A stretch of 64,000 nt of DNA, taken from NCBI RefSeq assembly GCF_018350175.1, contig NC_058368.1, positions 228,162,001 to 228,226,000 of the forward strand, in the 5' to 3' direction. A program made the translations under genes and the position numbers. This DNA comes from Felis catus (Eukaryota). Shown one piece after another: positions 1 through 12,600 of this stretch; positions within the stretch are counted from its first letter, which is position 1, and the number at the start of each line of letters is the position of its first letter. The notes beneath the pieces were generated by a model, which was given only the letters and a program-made list of their open reading frames with translations, ran no database searches and was not told the DNA's origin.

Positions 1-180
1 TTATCCAAACAGACTAATTTATCACAGGTTTAAGACTTTTATGTAGCATATTACCTTGTTGGTTAATCAGAGTCATTTTAGTGATTTGTCTAGGTTTGTT
101 TTCATTTTAATGTAAAGACTGAACATGAATAGACACTACTCTATTTGATATACTTGATTAGAACAACTTGAAATAAAATA

Positions 181-398
181 TTTTTTTTTAAGTTTATTTT
201 TTGAGAGAAAGAGAAAGAGAGTGAGAGTGTGTGTGCGGGTTGGGGAGGTGCAGAAAGAGAGGGGGACAGAGTATCCAAAGAGGGCTGTACTCTGACAGCA
301 GAGAGCCTGATGTGGGGCTCAAACTCACCAGCCACAAGATCGAGATCATGACCTGAGTCGAAGTTGGATGTTTAACCAACTGTGCCAACCAGGCACCC
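181..398 (-). mobile_element. Can-SINE (tRNA-derived carnivore SINE)
   Basis: Reverse strand GGGTGCCTGGTTGGCACAG head, (CT)n, A-tail; degenerate TSD tgaaataaaata/tgaaatgaagta. Confidence 0.9.
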
Positions 399-429
399 TG
401 AAATGAAGTATGTTTTAACCTTAAGTTTT

Positions 430-508
430 AATTTTTTAAAAAATGTTTTTAATGTTTATTTCTGAGAGAGAGAGCAAGAGAGAGAGCGAGAGAGAGAGAG
501 AGAGAGAA

Positions 509-547
<39 letters not shown>

Positions 548-711
548 GCGCCTGAGCGGAGGAGGGGCAGAGAGAGAGGGAGACACAGAATCCAAAACAG
601 GCTCCAGGCTCTGAACCATCAAGTCCCACGTGGGGCTCAAACTCATGGACCTCGAGATCATGACTTGAGCCGAAGTTGGAGGCTTAACCAACTGAGCCAC
701 CCAGGTGCCCC
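430..711 (-). mobile_element. Can-SINE with long (GA)n
   Basis: Ends ...ctgagccacccaggtgcccc; TSD taacctt(a/c)agtttt. Confidence 0.92.
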
Positions 712-836
712 TAACCTTCAGTTTTTAAAATGTAGCATCTTAGATCAGGAAGGATGGTGCTCTATAATTTTGTCAATTTGATTCCCAACTATGGCAAATA
801 GGAACGAATAACACATTTTAATTCTGTTTTCAACAG

Positions 837-1036
837 GATCTGTTAAGGCTGTGGAAGCATGAGTGTAAACGTGTTGTAGCTGATCGTTTCACAGTTTCCG
901 GTGATGTGACCTGGTTTGATAAGGCTTTAGTACGTTTGGTGGAGGAGGAGTTTGGTGAAGAGAAAAAAACCCTTGGTGGACTGTGGATCTGATGCTTATT
1001 TTGTGGATTTCCTGAGGGATGCACCTGAAGTGACAG
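837..1036 (+). CDS. DNAH5: DNAH5 exon A (~human ex51), end of AAA3; apparent +1 frameshift at A7 963-969
   Basis: ttttcaacag|GATCTG...GTGACAG|gtaaag. [44 protein letters not shown] in one frame, [22 protein letters not shown] in the next. Length 200 nt, but the phases require 199. Confidence 0.93.
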
Positions 1037-4000
1037 GTAAAGAAGTGAAGCAGAATTTGAAATTCCCCAAAGGGATACTTGAAGACAGAAGGTTCAGGTT
1101 AGGGATGTTGTTTCTGACTAGGAAAGTTTACTGAAACAAGCCTGGGACATAGTAGTTGCTCAATAAATACAGAATGCGTGGATACTGATGGAGCTCAAAG
1201 ATGAACTATTTTTTATACCTCTCAATCCTGCATATAAAGTAGATTTAGGAGGCAGGATAGGGTAGAAGAAAGTGCCCAGGATTTGTAGCTGTCACACAGT
1301 GGTAGGTTTGTGGAAGGGATCTACCACACGTTAGCTGGATGACTCTCTGGACTTGAACCTCATTCTCCTCCCTTAGGAAAATGGAAATAGTAATATATGC
1401 GTCATGGGGCACTGCGGGAAATAAATGAAATATTATCTGAAGAGTGGCTTGGCAGTCTGCAGAATGGAAGGTAGCAAAAACCTTAGTTTACGAACATAAT
1501 TCGTTCCGGAAACGTGCTTGTAATCCAAAGCACTCGTATGTCAAAGAGAATTTCAAGAACCATTGGCTCGGTTGAGATCACGTGATATTCGGCGACGCGT
1601 ACTGCTCATATTGCAAGACATCGCTTGTTTATCAAGATAAAATTCATTAGAAATGTTTGCTCATCTCGTGGAACACTCACAGAACAGGGTACTCGCAGTC
1701 CATGGTTTTCCTGTAATTGTTATTTGGGTCATCCCGAGTGTTGAAATTAGAAAAGCCTCACATACATGAGAAAGCCATTGAATCTAATGGGAAAGAGGTG
1801 GGTGATGTGGCCATAAGCTTTCGTGGTTATGGTTCTATGAAAAATTGAGAGATATATTGCTTCTCTTCTTATGCAAAGAGGTAGTGCTCCAATTACTTTT
1901 TTCCTTCAGAAATAACTGAGTGTAAGTAGACTATTTCTCTTTCACTTAATTACCTTTTTTTAAAAATACTGGAAGTGAATTTTAAGTTAATTTCCATATT
2001 TAAACACATGCTATTTATATCTTCTAAACGGTTGAAAGTGACCAGGCAGCCCCTTTCCAGATTTGATAAGGATGGGTGTGATCTATCAGAAGTTCCCGAG
2101 TGACGATTGCAAAAGGCAGTTTACTGCTAGCTATGCAGTTGGAAGGATCCTTCCACAGAAAGAAGCTGACACATTTTACTTGAAATCAGGTCACCTACGT
2201 ACAAAAATCCTGTAGGTGTAAGAGCATTTAAAATTAGAATTTATGTATCTCATTTGCTCTAATTCAGAAGGGTAAATAATAAAAATTTATGTCTTTTATT
2301 TCCTCTAATTCAGAAGGCTAAATCATTAGATTATGGTTTCCAAGCAGCAAAGCACAACTGGGGCACTTTTGTTGGGCGGGTGTGTGGGAGGCAAACACAT
2401 GACCTTTGTTGATTCAAAGCGCTTTGTTTCTCAAAGCTTGAGTTGAACATTAATAAAAAAAAGAAAGGTGAAGTGACTATTGAAATTTAATTAGTGAGGG
2501 CTTTGCAAAGAAGCCAATCTTCATGGCTATGTTAAATCAATTTTCTCGCTTTGTTATAAAAAGGTTAATATACTATTATATTAGGACAAGGTCAATTGAC
2601 AATAATTATGTACTATTAGATTTGGAAGATCCACTCACTCTTCTAGTACCCAGTGAATTTCTAAGTTGTTACTGGCATATTCAACTCAGATGTCACTCTT
2701 TCCTGTTACTAATGTGAACCAATAGTAAACTTCCAGAGGCCTCATTTAGCTTTCCTTTGGCATTATGCCTTATAGTCAAAGATGGAAAAGTGTTAAGCTG
2801 GTATATTATGTGTTTCTAATTTTTAAAAAAGCATATTGATTTCAATAATCTTTTCCCAGTGACCCAATTCAATATGTTTATTTAGGAAATCATTATTCTG
2901 TTTTCTCTCAACCCTCTACCTCTGTTCCCTAAAATTCACTCTATCTTTGCCGCTAACCTGAAACTCCTGAATCATAAGAATTTCCTGAGCAAATGCAATG
3001 ACCTTTTTCTTTTCCTCTTATTAAAAAATTCTTTTAAGTCTTCATCTCTCTTGCTGAGTTTTTACACTAAATCCCTGTTTTTCTGATCTTCATTTTGTCC
3101 ATGAAGCGAATATTCCCGGAAGGTTCATTGAAATGCCAATATTCAATTATGGATTCAAATTAAATTCCATATATATTACATTATTTGAAATTGGCCTTTT
3201 CTAGGCAGAAAGGAACTAAGATTGCATATGACCACAAAAATTCCAATGCTTTTACTATTGTTTGCTTTTTTTCTTTTCTAAAAATATATATACTATGGCA
3301 TTTGGGTGAAAATCAGTATCGTTCAGTGTTAAATTGTAGAGTTATGAGTGTATTAATTTAGGTTGAAGGAAGTAGTAAAGTCTGGCAGTTTGAGGAAACA
3401 GCTGAATTGTTCCCCCAACTCCCTAGGTGAAACATCCGACGAGGCTGATGCCGAAATGCCCAAAATTTATGAGCCAGTTGAATCTTTCGATCACCTAAAG
3501 AAGCGTTTGACTATGTTCCTGCAGCTGTATCACGAGAGCATCCGTGGCACCGGCATGGACTTGGTGTTCTTCGACGATGCCATGGTTCACTTAGTCAAGG
3601 TCAGTGGCCACGCCCAGTAACACCTCCCCAAAGTGACGGACGCGGGGCTTCAAACCAGAATTTCCCCCCCTCTTTTGTTTTCATCTCCTAAGAGAATATT
3701 CAGTGTAAGAAATCAACTCCATGTTGGAGTCCAGTTTAATTTCGAAACCGCAACATGTGACACCTATAGGCGGGAAATCAGCCTGGAAATCAGAGCATGT
3801 AGACTTCCAACGTGTGATGTAATCTTATTCAGTGTTGCCACACAGCTTCCAGCTCAATGTTTTCACTACGTAGAATGAGTGTGGTTGACATCTGAGTTCA
3901 AAGCACAGGCAGAAAGTCTGCTTATTTTTTTGTATTATGCAAAGGAGAGCTGTAAAAAGTAGTGCATAAGCTTTGCAGAAATTATGCTTAGTGACATAAG

Positions 4001-4484
4001 CTAGTCACAGAAGGGCAAACACTGGATGATTCCAGTTTTGTCTGAGGTACCTAGGATAGTCGAATTCATAGAGACGAGAAAGTAGAATGGTGATTGCCAG
4101 GGGTGTAGGGATAGGGAGAGTGGGGAGTGTTTAGTGGTACAGAGTTTCACTTTGGCAGGATGGAGAGTTTTTGTGGTGGTTGCACCACAATGCCATTGAC
4201 CGATATGCCTAATGGTCAAGATGGGAAGTTTTAGGTCACATGTATTTTACCACAGTTAGAAATGATAATAAGAAAATACCGCGTGAACAATTGACTTTGA
4301 GCTGGGTGAAAATTTTGCTAGAATGAAATTTACCAGGAAAGTACATTTTCCTTTCTGCTTTGTCATAGGGGTCATTCAGTATCTCTTCCTAAGATAGTTG
4401 ATTTTCAAAGACTGGAAACAAAATATATTATTTACTTGATGACTTATGTGATCTAATTTATTTGTGGTGGTAGATAATCCCATT

Positions 4485-4535
<51 letters not shown>

Positions 4536-7500
4536 GATTGCGGGCAAGTGTGTGAGTGGGGGAAGGACAGAGGGAGAGGGCTTGAGAATCTTAAGCAGGC
4601 TTCATGCTCAGCAAGGAGCCCCATGGAGGGCTTGATCTCACGACCCTGAGATCATGACCTGAGCCCAAATCAAGAGCTGGATGCTTAACCGACTGAGCCA
4701 CCCAGGTGCCCCAAGAGAATGCCATTTTAAATCTGTTGCTGATATTCTCACTTTGTTGATGTCAACTTCTTTCTCAGACTACATCCTTTCAGTTAGAAAA
4801 AGGACAGCTTGAGGCTGAATTCCATTGCTTAGGTTTAATCATGAGGAGCAACCTTATAATTGCAAATTGTCTCCTCTCATAATTACTGAATCTAGAGTTC
4901 ATCTAGACGACCCTCCCTCTGAAAGCAGAAGAGGGTGGGGAAGGCTCCAGGACATCAGGAAGAGGGAGGAAGGCGGAGAGGCTGGTCTGGGTTGGGTACC
5001 GCCCCCCCTCCCCCCCCCCCCCCCCCGCCACTGCTGCCCCCGCTGCCCCCTGCATGAAGGCATTTAGCTTGGACACTTAGAATACTCAGAATCTGAGACA
5101 TCTGTGCTGAGTTATGAGCACAGATATCCTTCCAAATATAAATAATGATAGTCTGTCATATTTAATGATTAAAAGGAAGAAGAAAAAAAAAGAAAATGAT
5201 ACCAAAAGCAGCTTCATAACTAACGTCTCTTGGGGACAAAATCTGACTGGCCTAGGATTTCATAATGGCTCAGATTGAAATGAGGCTATTGTTGGGGCGC
5301 CTGGGTGGCTCAGTCGGTTGAGCATCCGGCTTCGGCTCAGTCATGATCTCGCAGTCTGTGAGTTCGAGCCCCGTGTCGGGCTCTGTGCTGACAGCTCAGA
5401 GCCTGGAGCCTGCTTTGGATTCTGTGTCCCCCTCTCTCTCTGCCCCTCCCCCACTCATGCTCTGTCTCTCTCTGTCTCAGAAATAAATAAACATTAAAAA
5501 ATATTTAAAAAAAGAAATGAGGCTATTGTTAGTCTCGTGCTTGAATAAGTTCTCTAGAACTGTCTCATTTCTGTGTTTCAAACACAGAGTATGAGCGATG
5601 AGTATGAGCGATGAGCATTTCTTCACTTCAGAATTGTGGGCACATGACATTTGAGGCACAGGTGACTCAGCACAGGGTCTTTGACTGTTTGCCTCAGTTT
5701 CTCTCTCAGGCTCTTGTGTCTGCTCTTGAATTGGCTGAAGAACTCCTGACTGGAGTTTTTGAGCTAAGATGCTCCATTCCTCACAGTCTCCTAGGCTGAC
5801 CCTCTCTTCTATTTGCTTGTTTGCTATGGACAATACATCCAAAGTGTCACATGGATGTGAGCCTTGAAATATGTGACCTAGTTATAAGATGTGATAGAAG
5901 CTACAAGATAGAATTAAGATGAAAATTATAGCAAAACAGGATGTGATATGAGACCAGGCATATTTCTTAGTTCCTTTCTTCAGTAAACTAATGATTTCTT
6001 CTGGGCTCCTGGGTAGCTCAGTTGGTTAAGCATCCGACTCTTGATTTTGGCTCAGGTCATGATCTCAGGGTTGGGAGATTGAGCCCTACATCAGGCTCCG
6101 TGCTTAAGATTCTCCCTCTCCCCTCCCCAGTCTCTCTTTCTCTCAAAATAAAATAAAATAAAATAAAATAAAATAAAATAAAATAAAATAAAATAATGAT
6201 TTTCTTTCAAAACAGAGAATATCTCTGTGACCGCTCTTTTGCCTCTTTGGTTAAGATTTGAACCATGACGTGTGTGGTTTTTTGTGGTCTCGCCCCTGCC
6301 TAACACTCTAGCCTGAGGCTTATGCTCAGCTTAGCATGTAATCAAGAAAAATCAGCTACCCATGATGAAACGCACCCTTCCAGACAACTTCACCCACGTG
6401 CATTCCCAACAAGTGCTGCGTCGTGTGGAATTTATCTGTGTTGTGTGTTTGTCTTCCCTGCTGGGCAGCAAGCTTGTGAGTGTGGGGCACCCAGTTTATT
6501 CACTTCAGTATTCACAGGACGGAGAATAGGCACGCTTGAGATGCTTGATAAATGGGATTGGAATTTAACCAAGTCCCCACTGAGGCCCTAGCCAACCCTT
6601 TGCTGCCTCATCTCCTGATGTTTCTGGACCTAGTACTGAAGTTCCCACCTCCTAGGGATACCCCAGGCCTTTTGTCGACTCTGAGACTTTGTGCACCCCA
6701 GCCCCTCTTCTTAAAACGTAGCCCAACTCCTGCCTGGCCTGCCCACTTCTTTGTAGGAGACTCGTAGTTATCTTTCAAGATCCAGATCACGCTCCAGCTC
6801 CACACCTGAGAGTTGCCTTTGCCCAGCAGCACTGTTTCATTTGCCGCCATTTTTACCTGTTTCCACATGCAGCGTGGTACATCCCCATGTTTCTGTTAGC
6901 AGGTCTCTCTCCTCTGCTAGCACATGAGCACCTGCGGGGCAGGCTGGGCATTGCTAATTTTTAAAATATTTGCTAAAGGAATTGAAAAATGAATAGTTTT
7001 ATCTCACAATCTGTAGAGTAGGAGAAAGATAGTACCATTTGAAGGTCCTATTTGACTGCGTTTTCTCCTTTATTTCTTTTTGTATTCTAGGGTATGAGTT
7101 TTTGAATCTCTTTTAAACCCTTCTACTTATTTATTCATGTATATGTTCATTTGTCGTATGCGGTTTGAGGGTTTAACGTGTGCTAGAAACTGGGAATGGA
7201 ATGTTGTAATGTAAGATCTAGGCTGGTTTCAGGAAAAGATATTGGGTGGAGGTTCCCAGTACCTAATTATCAACAATTATTTCAACCCTTAATATATTCA
7301 CCAACACCAACGGAAGGAAATGGTTAGGACAAAAGACATATATTTGAAAAATATTAACCAAGGAAAGACAGAAGATTCCAGTGTGGCTTTCAGTAGCCCC
7401 TTACCTGCCTTATCTGTGCCTCTTGAAATAGTACCATGGAAAGAATATGAATAGACAGCAGCAAAATCATTCTTGCCACTACTGTTCCTTACCTGCCTAC

Positions 7501-9652
7501 AACAACTCCCCTGCCTACAACTAAGTAGGAGCCTGGAAGGACCAGTGTGCCACCCACCCATGCCACAGGCTCTCAGGTCCACAACAGAGACGTGAACATG
7601 ATCTTCCTTTCCAGGGGCTCACACTACATTGGGAGAAATAATCCAACAGCCACGAGTAGTCCCAGAATTTTATTATATCTGAATAAAAAGAAAAGAAGAG
7701 TAGTCCCAACAGGAATAAAGTGTAGCCCCTGCCACAGGAGGTAATCCTGAGAAAGAATGTTTACCAGTATGTTCGTCAGCATATTGCTAATTCCAGGTTA
7801 CCCCGGCCACATAGAGGTGATCCGTCTCAGCTCCATTCTCACTATCATTAGTCTATAGAAAAGTGGGTATCACACCAATACCCCAGGCTCAGACTGCAGT
7901 TAGGTCGGAAAGAGAAGTAGTTATCATGTAAAGAGAAAAAAGCATCCAGGAGAATCCTACACTGAATCCCCTCTGTGGGGGTGTTGGAAGCCTGATGGTG
8001 TAAGCAATTCATCAGTAACAATAAAGCTAAAGAAACATGGGCTTCTGAATACCTGGGTGGCTCAGCTGGTTAAGCGTCTGACTTTGGCACAGGTCACCAT
8101 GTCTCACGGTTCGTGAGTTCCAGCCCCGTGTGAGGCTCCATGCTGACAGCTCAGAGCCTGGAGCCTGCTCTGGATTCTGTGTTGCCCTCTCTCTCTGCCC
8201 CTACCCCACTCGCTCTCTCTCTCTCTCTCTCTCGCTCTCTCTGTCTCTCTCCTCCTTCTCTCCCCTCCTTCCTCCTCTTTCTCCTCCTCCTCTTCTTCTT
8301 CTTCCTCCTCCTCCTCCTCCTCCTCGTCATCTTCTTCTTCAAAATTCCATCACCAATGCCACATTTTGGAAATTTTCTTCCCTTCGATTTAAATGCTCTG
8401 CCATTGTTCAAATGTGGAAGATATTCTAATCAACTCTTCTGTATTCCAAGGATATACATTGTCTTGAAATTTCAGTCTCTTTCCTGTCCCACTGCGTTAG
8501 GTTGGGAGACTGAAAGGAAACATCCAAGCCTCCTCTACTTCTTTTCTTTAAAACCCAGAGCAGGCCAAAGAGGGACTTCAGCTGACTTCTCTGTACTCGT
8601 CTCCTCTTGTTTCCCAAAGGCGCCCCCAACATATGCCCTGTCTGGTACTCTTCAAACACCATTCTATTTCAGAAATGCTGTCCTTCATCCAGCCAGCGTC
8701 TTTCTCCATTCCGATCCTGAGACACATATGGCTTCCCAAATGCTTCTTTTGCGTAAAGAGGAAAAAATGGAATATTTACGTGTTGAACAATGATCTGTGT
8801 CTTTTCTATTCCGCATTCTAGATCTCACGTGTCATTGGCACGCCCCGGGGAAATGCCCTCCTGGTGGGGGTGGGCGGATCAGGAAAGCAGAGCCTGACGA
8901 GGTTGGCTTCGTTCATTGCTGGCTATACTTCCTTCCAGATCACTCTGACAAGGTAACAAGCTTTCACTTTAATTAACCTGAAATGGATTTTGATAGCAGG
9001 TTCTCAGAGGCCACTTGAATTTAGAATGCATTTTTCTTAAACATAAGGAATCATAATCATTTTCCTTCTTAAATGTTGAGTTATCATTGTCCCCTTTCAA
9101 CCTTTGTTGTAGATATGAAATTTTCACATTAATAATTTGCTTTTGAGCTATTTCAGCCTCTCGTTGTAAATAGCTGCCCCCCTGCACTTATGCATGCCAT
9201 GAGTGTTACGTGTATTCCTTTTGGTGTATTTCAAAAGAAACTTCTCCCTACTAGATATTAATTCAGGTTTCAAGAATGTTAACAAACTAGAAAAATAACT
9301 GAAAATTTTGTATTTATTCATTTATTCGTACATTTAAAAATATTTGTTGAACACCAGCTATGCACCAGGCACTGGCTAGGTGCTAGGGAGCACATGGCAA
9401 GTCTGGCTCGTGTCATGACAGAGCTTACAGTAGTCAAGGGGTCAGGCACCTGAGCAGTTCATTCAGTAAGGTGTTGTATGTAGGGGGCTCCTGGGTAGCT
9501 CAGTCGGTTAAGCGTCCAACTTCAGCTCAGGTCATGATTTCCTGGTTCTTGGGTTCGAGCCCCGTGTCGGGCTCTGTGCTGACAGCTCTGAGCCTGGAGC
9601 CTGCTTTGGATTCTGTGTCTCCTTCACTCTCTTCCCCTTTCCCATTTGCTTG

Positions 9653-9684
<32 letters not shown>

Positions 9685-12600
9685 AATAAATAAACTTTAA
9701 AAAAAATTAAAAAAAATGAGGTGTCGTATGTAGGTACTATCTATGAGAAAGAAATAAATGCAGACCAGCTCCTATTGAAACATGAGGGAGGGACTCCTAA
9801 CCTAGTGTAGGGGATGGTTAGAAAAGGCTTTCTGGAGGAAAAGATGGAAACCTGAATAAGAATAGGAGTTATCTCAGAGAAGAGGAACGATAAAGAACGT
9901 TCCAGGCAAAAAAGATCAGCACATGTGAAGTCACATTGAGGCCCTGGAAGAAGTAAAATATGGGTGGGTGTGCAGCATAAGATACTACGTGGGGAAGGAG
10001 TAGAAAAGGAGGCCTTTGAAGATATGATAAGGAATTTAGACTTTATCTTAGAGCAACAGAAAACCATTAATGAGTTACCCCTAGGAAGGGCCTATGGGTT
10101 TGTATGTACAGAAAATGGATGGAAGGGGCTAAACAGGAATAGTTATAAGGCGTCCCAGGGATCTAAGCAAGAGATAATGGGACTTGAGTGGTAGCAGTAA
10201 GAATGGAGAAAAAAGGACAGACTTGAGATCGTTGGGAAGTTGAACTATTGGACTTGATCCATCCTAGTTCTGGCTTGGAAAGATGATGCATACACTCATG
10301 CAAACACTCCTCAAGACGTTGTTCTCGGACGACCCTGTGTGGGGTGGGCGGAACCAGGAAGTGAAGAGTCAGCATGAAGAGAAAAGCAGGGGTGATTCAA
10401 AGGGGCTGAATTTCAGGATTAACCAAGATGAGAAACAGGAGGCCAGTTTGCGAAGTTTAGTTGGGCTGAAAATTATAAGAGGTTAACCTGTAGGTGTGGG
10501 ACTAGGAAGTCTTGCCTTTTGGGCATTGCTCTAGAGTTTTGGTTTGGCCCAGTAGGGCAAAGTGTACCCATCTGTCTTACTGATGGAGGCCTATAGATAT
10601 CTACTAGGGCAAAGATCGAAAATGATTAAACACTGGGTTTAAGGCCCAGATATTCATGTGTTGTTGTTACACTTTCCATTTGGTTCAGATTATAGGCTTC
10701 TGCTTGGAGAATAAATCTAAAAGATTGCTGGTTTTTGTTTTGTTTTGTTTTGTTTTTGTTTTTTGTTTTTTGTTTTTGTTTTGTTTTCAAGTACTAGGAC
10801 AGAGATAAATAATTCTAATTGCCTTGTGTATAATTGCTCTAGTTTGGATAGAAGCAGAATTTGATAAATGATATCCTATACAGGAAAGAGACTGGGCTCT
10901 GAGATTTTTTTTTTTAATGTTGTTTATTTATTTATCTTGAGAGACAGAGAGAGAGAATGTGAGGGGAGGGGCAGAGACAGAAGGAGAGAGAGAATCCTAA
11001 GCAGGCTCCACTCTGTCAGCACAGAGCCCTATGCAGGGCTCAATCTCACAAATCTTGAGATCATGAACTGAGCCAAAGTCAAGAGTCAGATATTTAACCG
11101 ACTGAGCCACCCAGGTACCCCTGGACTCTGAGATTTTTGTTCCCAACATTTATTTAAAACTGTACAGTTTTCAAAGCCCTTTTATATGCCTAGGCTAATT
11201 TGGTCTTTAAAAGAGCTTTATGGGTTAGCAGGGCATATAATATTAGCCTATCTTACAGTGGAGACTGTATCACTTGTGGGAAATCCCAGATCCACCTGGG
11301 AATTAACCAACAGTAGTTTTGGTTTCTGGTCTGGCTAGGCTTTGTGCCGCAATGCCTCAGGAAAAATATCTTGCACCTCCTCTCTCTGTGATAAATTAGT
11401 TCCTCTGCATGTCATAGTGGGAACGCTCTGTTACTAATGGAAAGGAGGGCCAAGGCCCGCTAGCCTTCCCACTGCCTTCAAGAGGCCATCTTACTGCCTA
11501 CACCTCTGCATAGCTATGTGGCCAAGAATCAGGAAGCAAGAGCCTCACATTCTGGAAACACAGACATTTGTAAGAAGGCTCAGGTCATTATCTGAGGCAG
11601 CGGGCCCTTGATCCAGGGGACTGGACTGGAAGTTTTTCCAAGTCAGGAGAAGCTGGGATGAGGTATTTTTTTTTTTCCTCTCTGTCTCCCTCTCTAATGG
11701 GGAACTGCATCTTTGAAATTCTTTTCTAATCTCTCAGATCTCACTTCTCTAGACATTTTCTTAAAATATTGATGCCTGGTAGTGGGATTTCTGGTTCTAG
11801 GATTTAGGGTTTAGATGATCAAAAAAGCACAGAGTATAGAAGTTAAATATTTAGTAGCTTTAAAAAAAATCAGAAGGCCATTTGCTCTTGTGCTTTGAAC
11901 TCTGAGTTTATTTAATGACAAAAAATTTCAAATAATAATTCAGTAAGTCTGAATCTCTAGGATTGGAAGATCTTTATTTTTACTTTTGGTGGTAATGGGC
12001 TGCCCTGTATTGGGACCTCTCTAATATTTCATGATTGCAGGCTGACTTCCACTAAAGGATTGCTTTTCATCGTGAAAGAAGATTTAGAGTGTGATATTCC
12101 ATGCTTCGAGCTAGTCTCCTACTGTGTACTGATTGCTCAGAAAACTCTTTTATGTGGGCCCCAAAGATGTGCTGGAGGATGAGAGGGCAACATTCTTTTT
12201 TTAACATTTTACTTTTTAAGTAATTTCTCTACACCCAATGCAGGGCTCGAATTTACAACCCCGAGGTCAAGAGTCACCCACTCTTCCGATGGAGCCAGCC
12301 AGGCTCCTTGAGAGGGCACCATTTGTAATGAGGCATGTCCCTCACCCGAAAGAATAAGACTTGAAATTGCTTCATTTAGATTAATTTGTGAGGTGTCATT
12401 ACAATTCCAATGGCAGATAGGTCCTTAGTAAACATCCCAATTTAACCTTTGTTTCAGCATTACCAACAAGTATTTTCAAAATGAAACATATATGGCTTCA
12501 GATGACACTTCGTTGTGGTAAAAACAGTATTTTGGTTTCAGGTTGACTTTTTACTTTAGGTTTTTATCTTGTGTCCCAGAAAATTATACTGTTTCATGAT

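Noticed and set aside
141..700. Recurrent ORFs such as [16 protein letters not shown]...SLSLSL throughout the window
   Set aside because: Translations of Can-SINE bodies, not a gene family.
963..970. A AAA AAC slippery-like heptamer as a programmed ribosomal frameshift rescuing DNAH5
   Set aside because: That motif drives -1 shifts, whereas an inserted base needs +1; no recoding is known for dyneins. An error or a simple indel is more parsimonious.
5294..5375. tRNA-like A/B boxes as tRNA genes
   Set aside because: These are tRNA-derived SINE heads followed by (CT)n, A tails and TSDs; no complete cloverleaf.
7290..8040. Unclassified stretch considered as an endogenous viral element or retrocopy
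   Set aside because: The frames I translated by hand had frequent stops and no motif I recognise; BLASTx or Dfam would be needed to exclude it fully.
8130..8793. Longest ORF in the track (217 aa) and overlapping ORFs
   Set aside because: Starts in a SINE and runs through a stop-free CT microsatellite (poly-L/F/P/R); no protein-like features.
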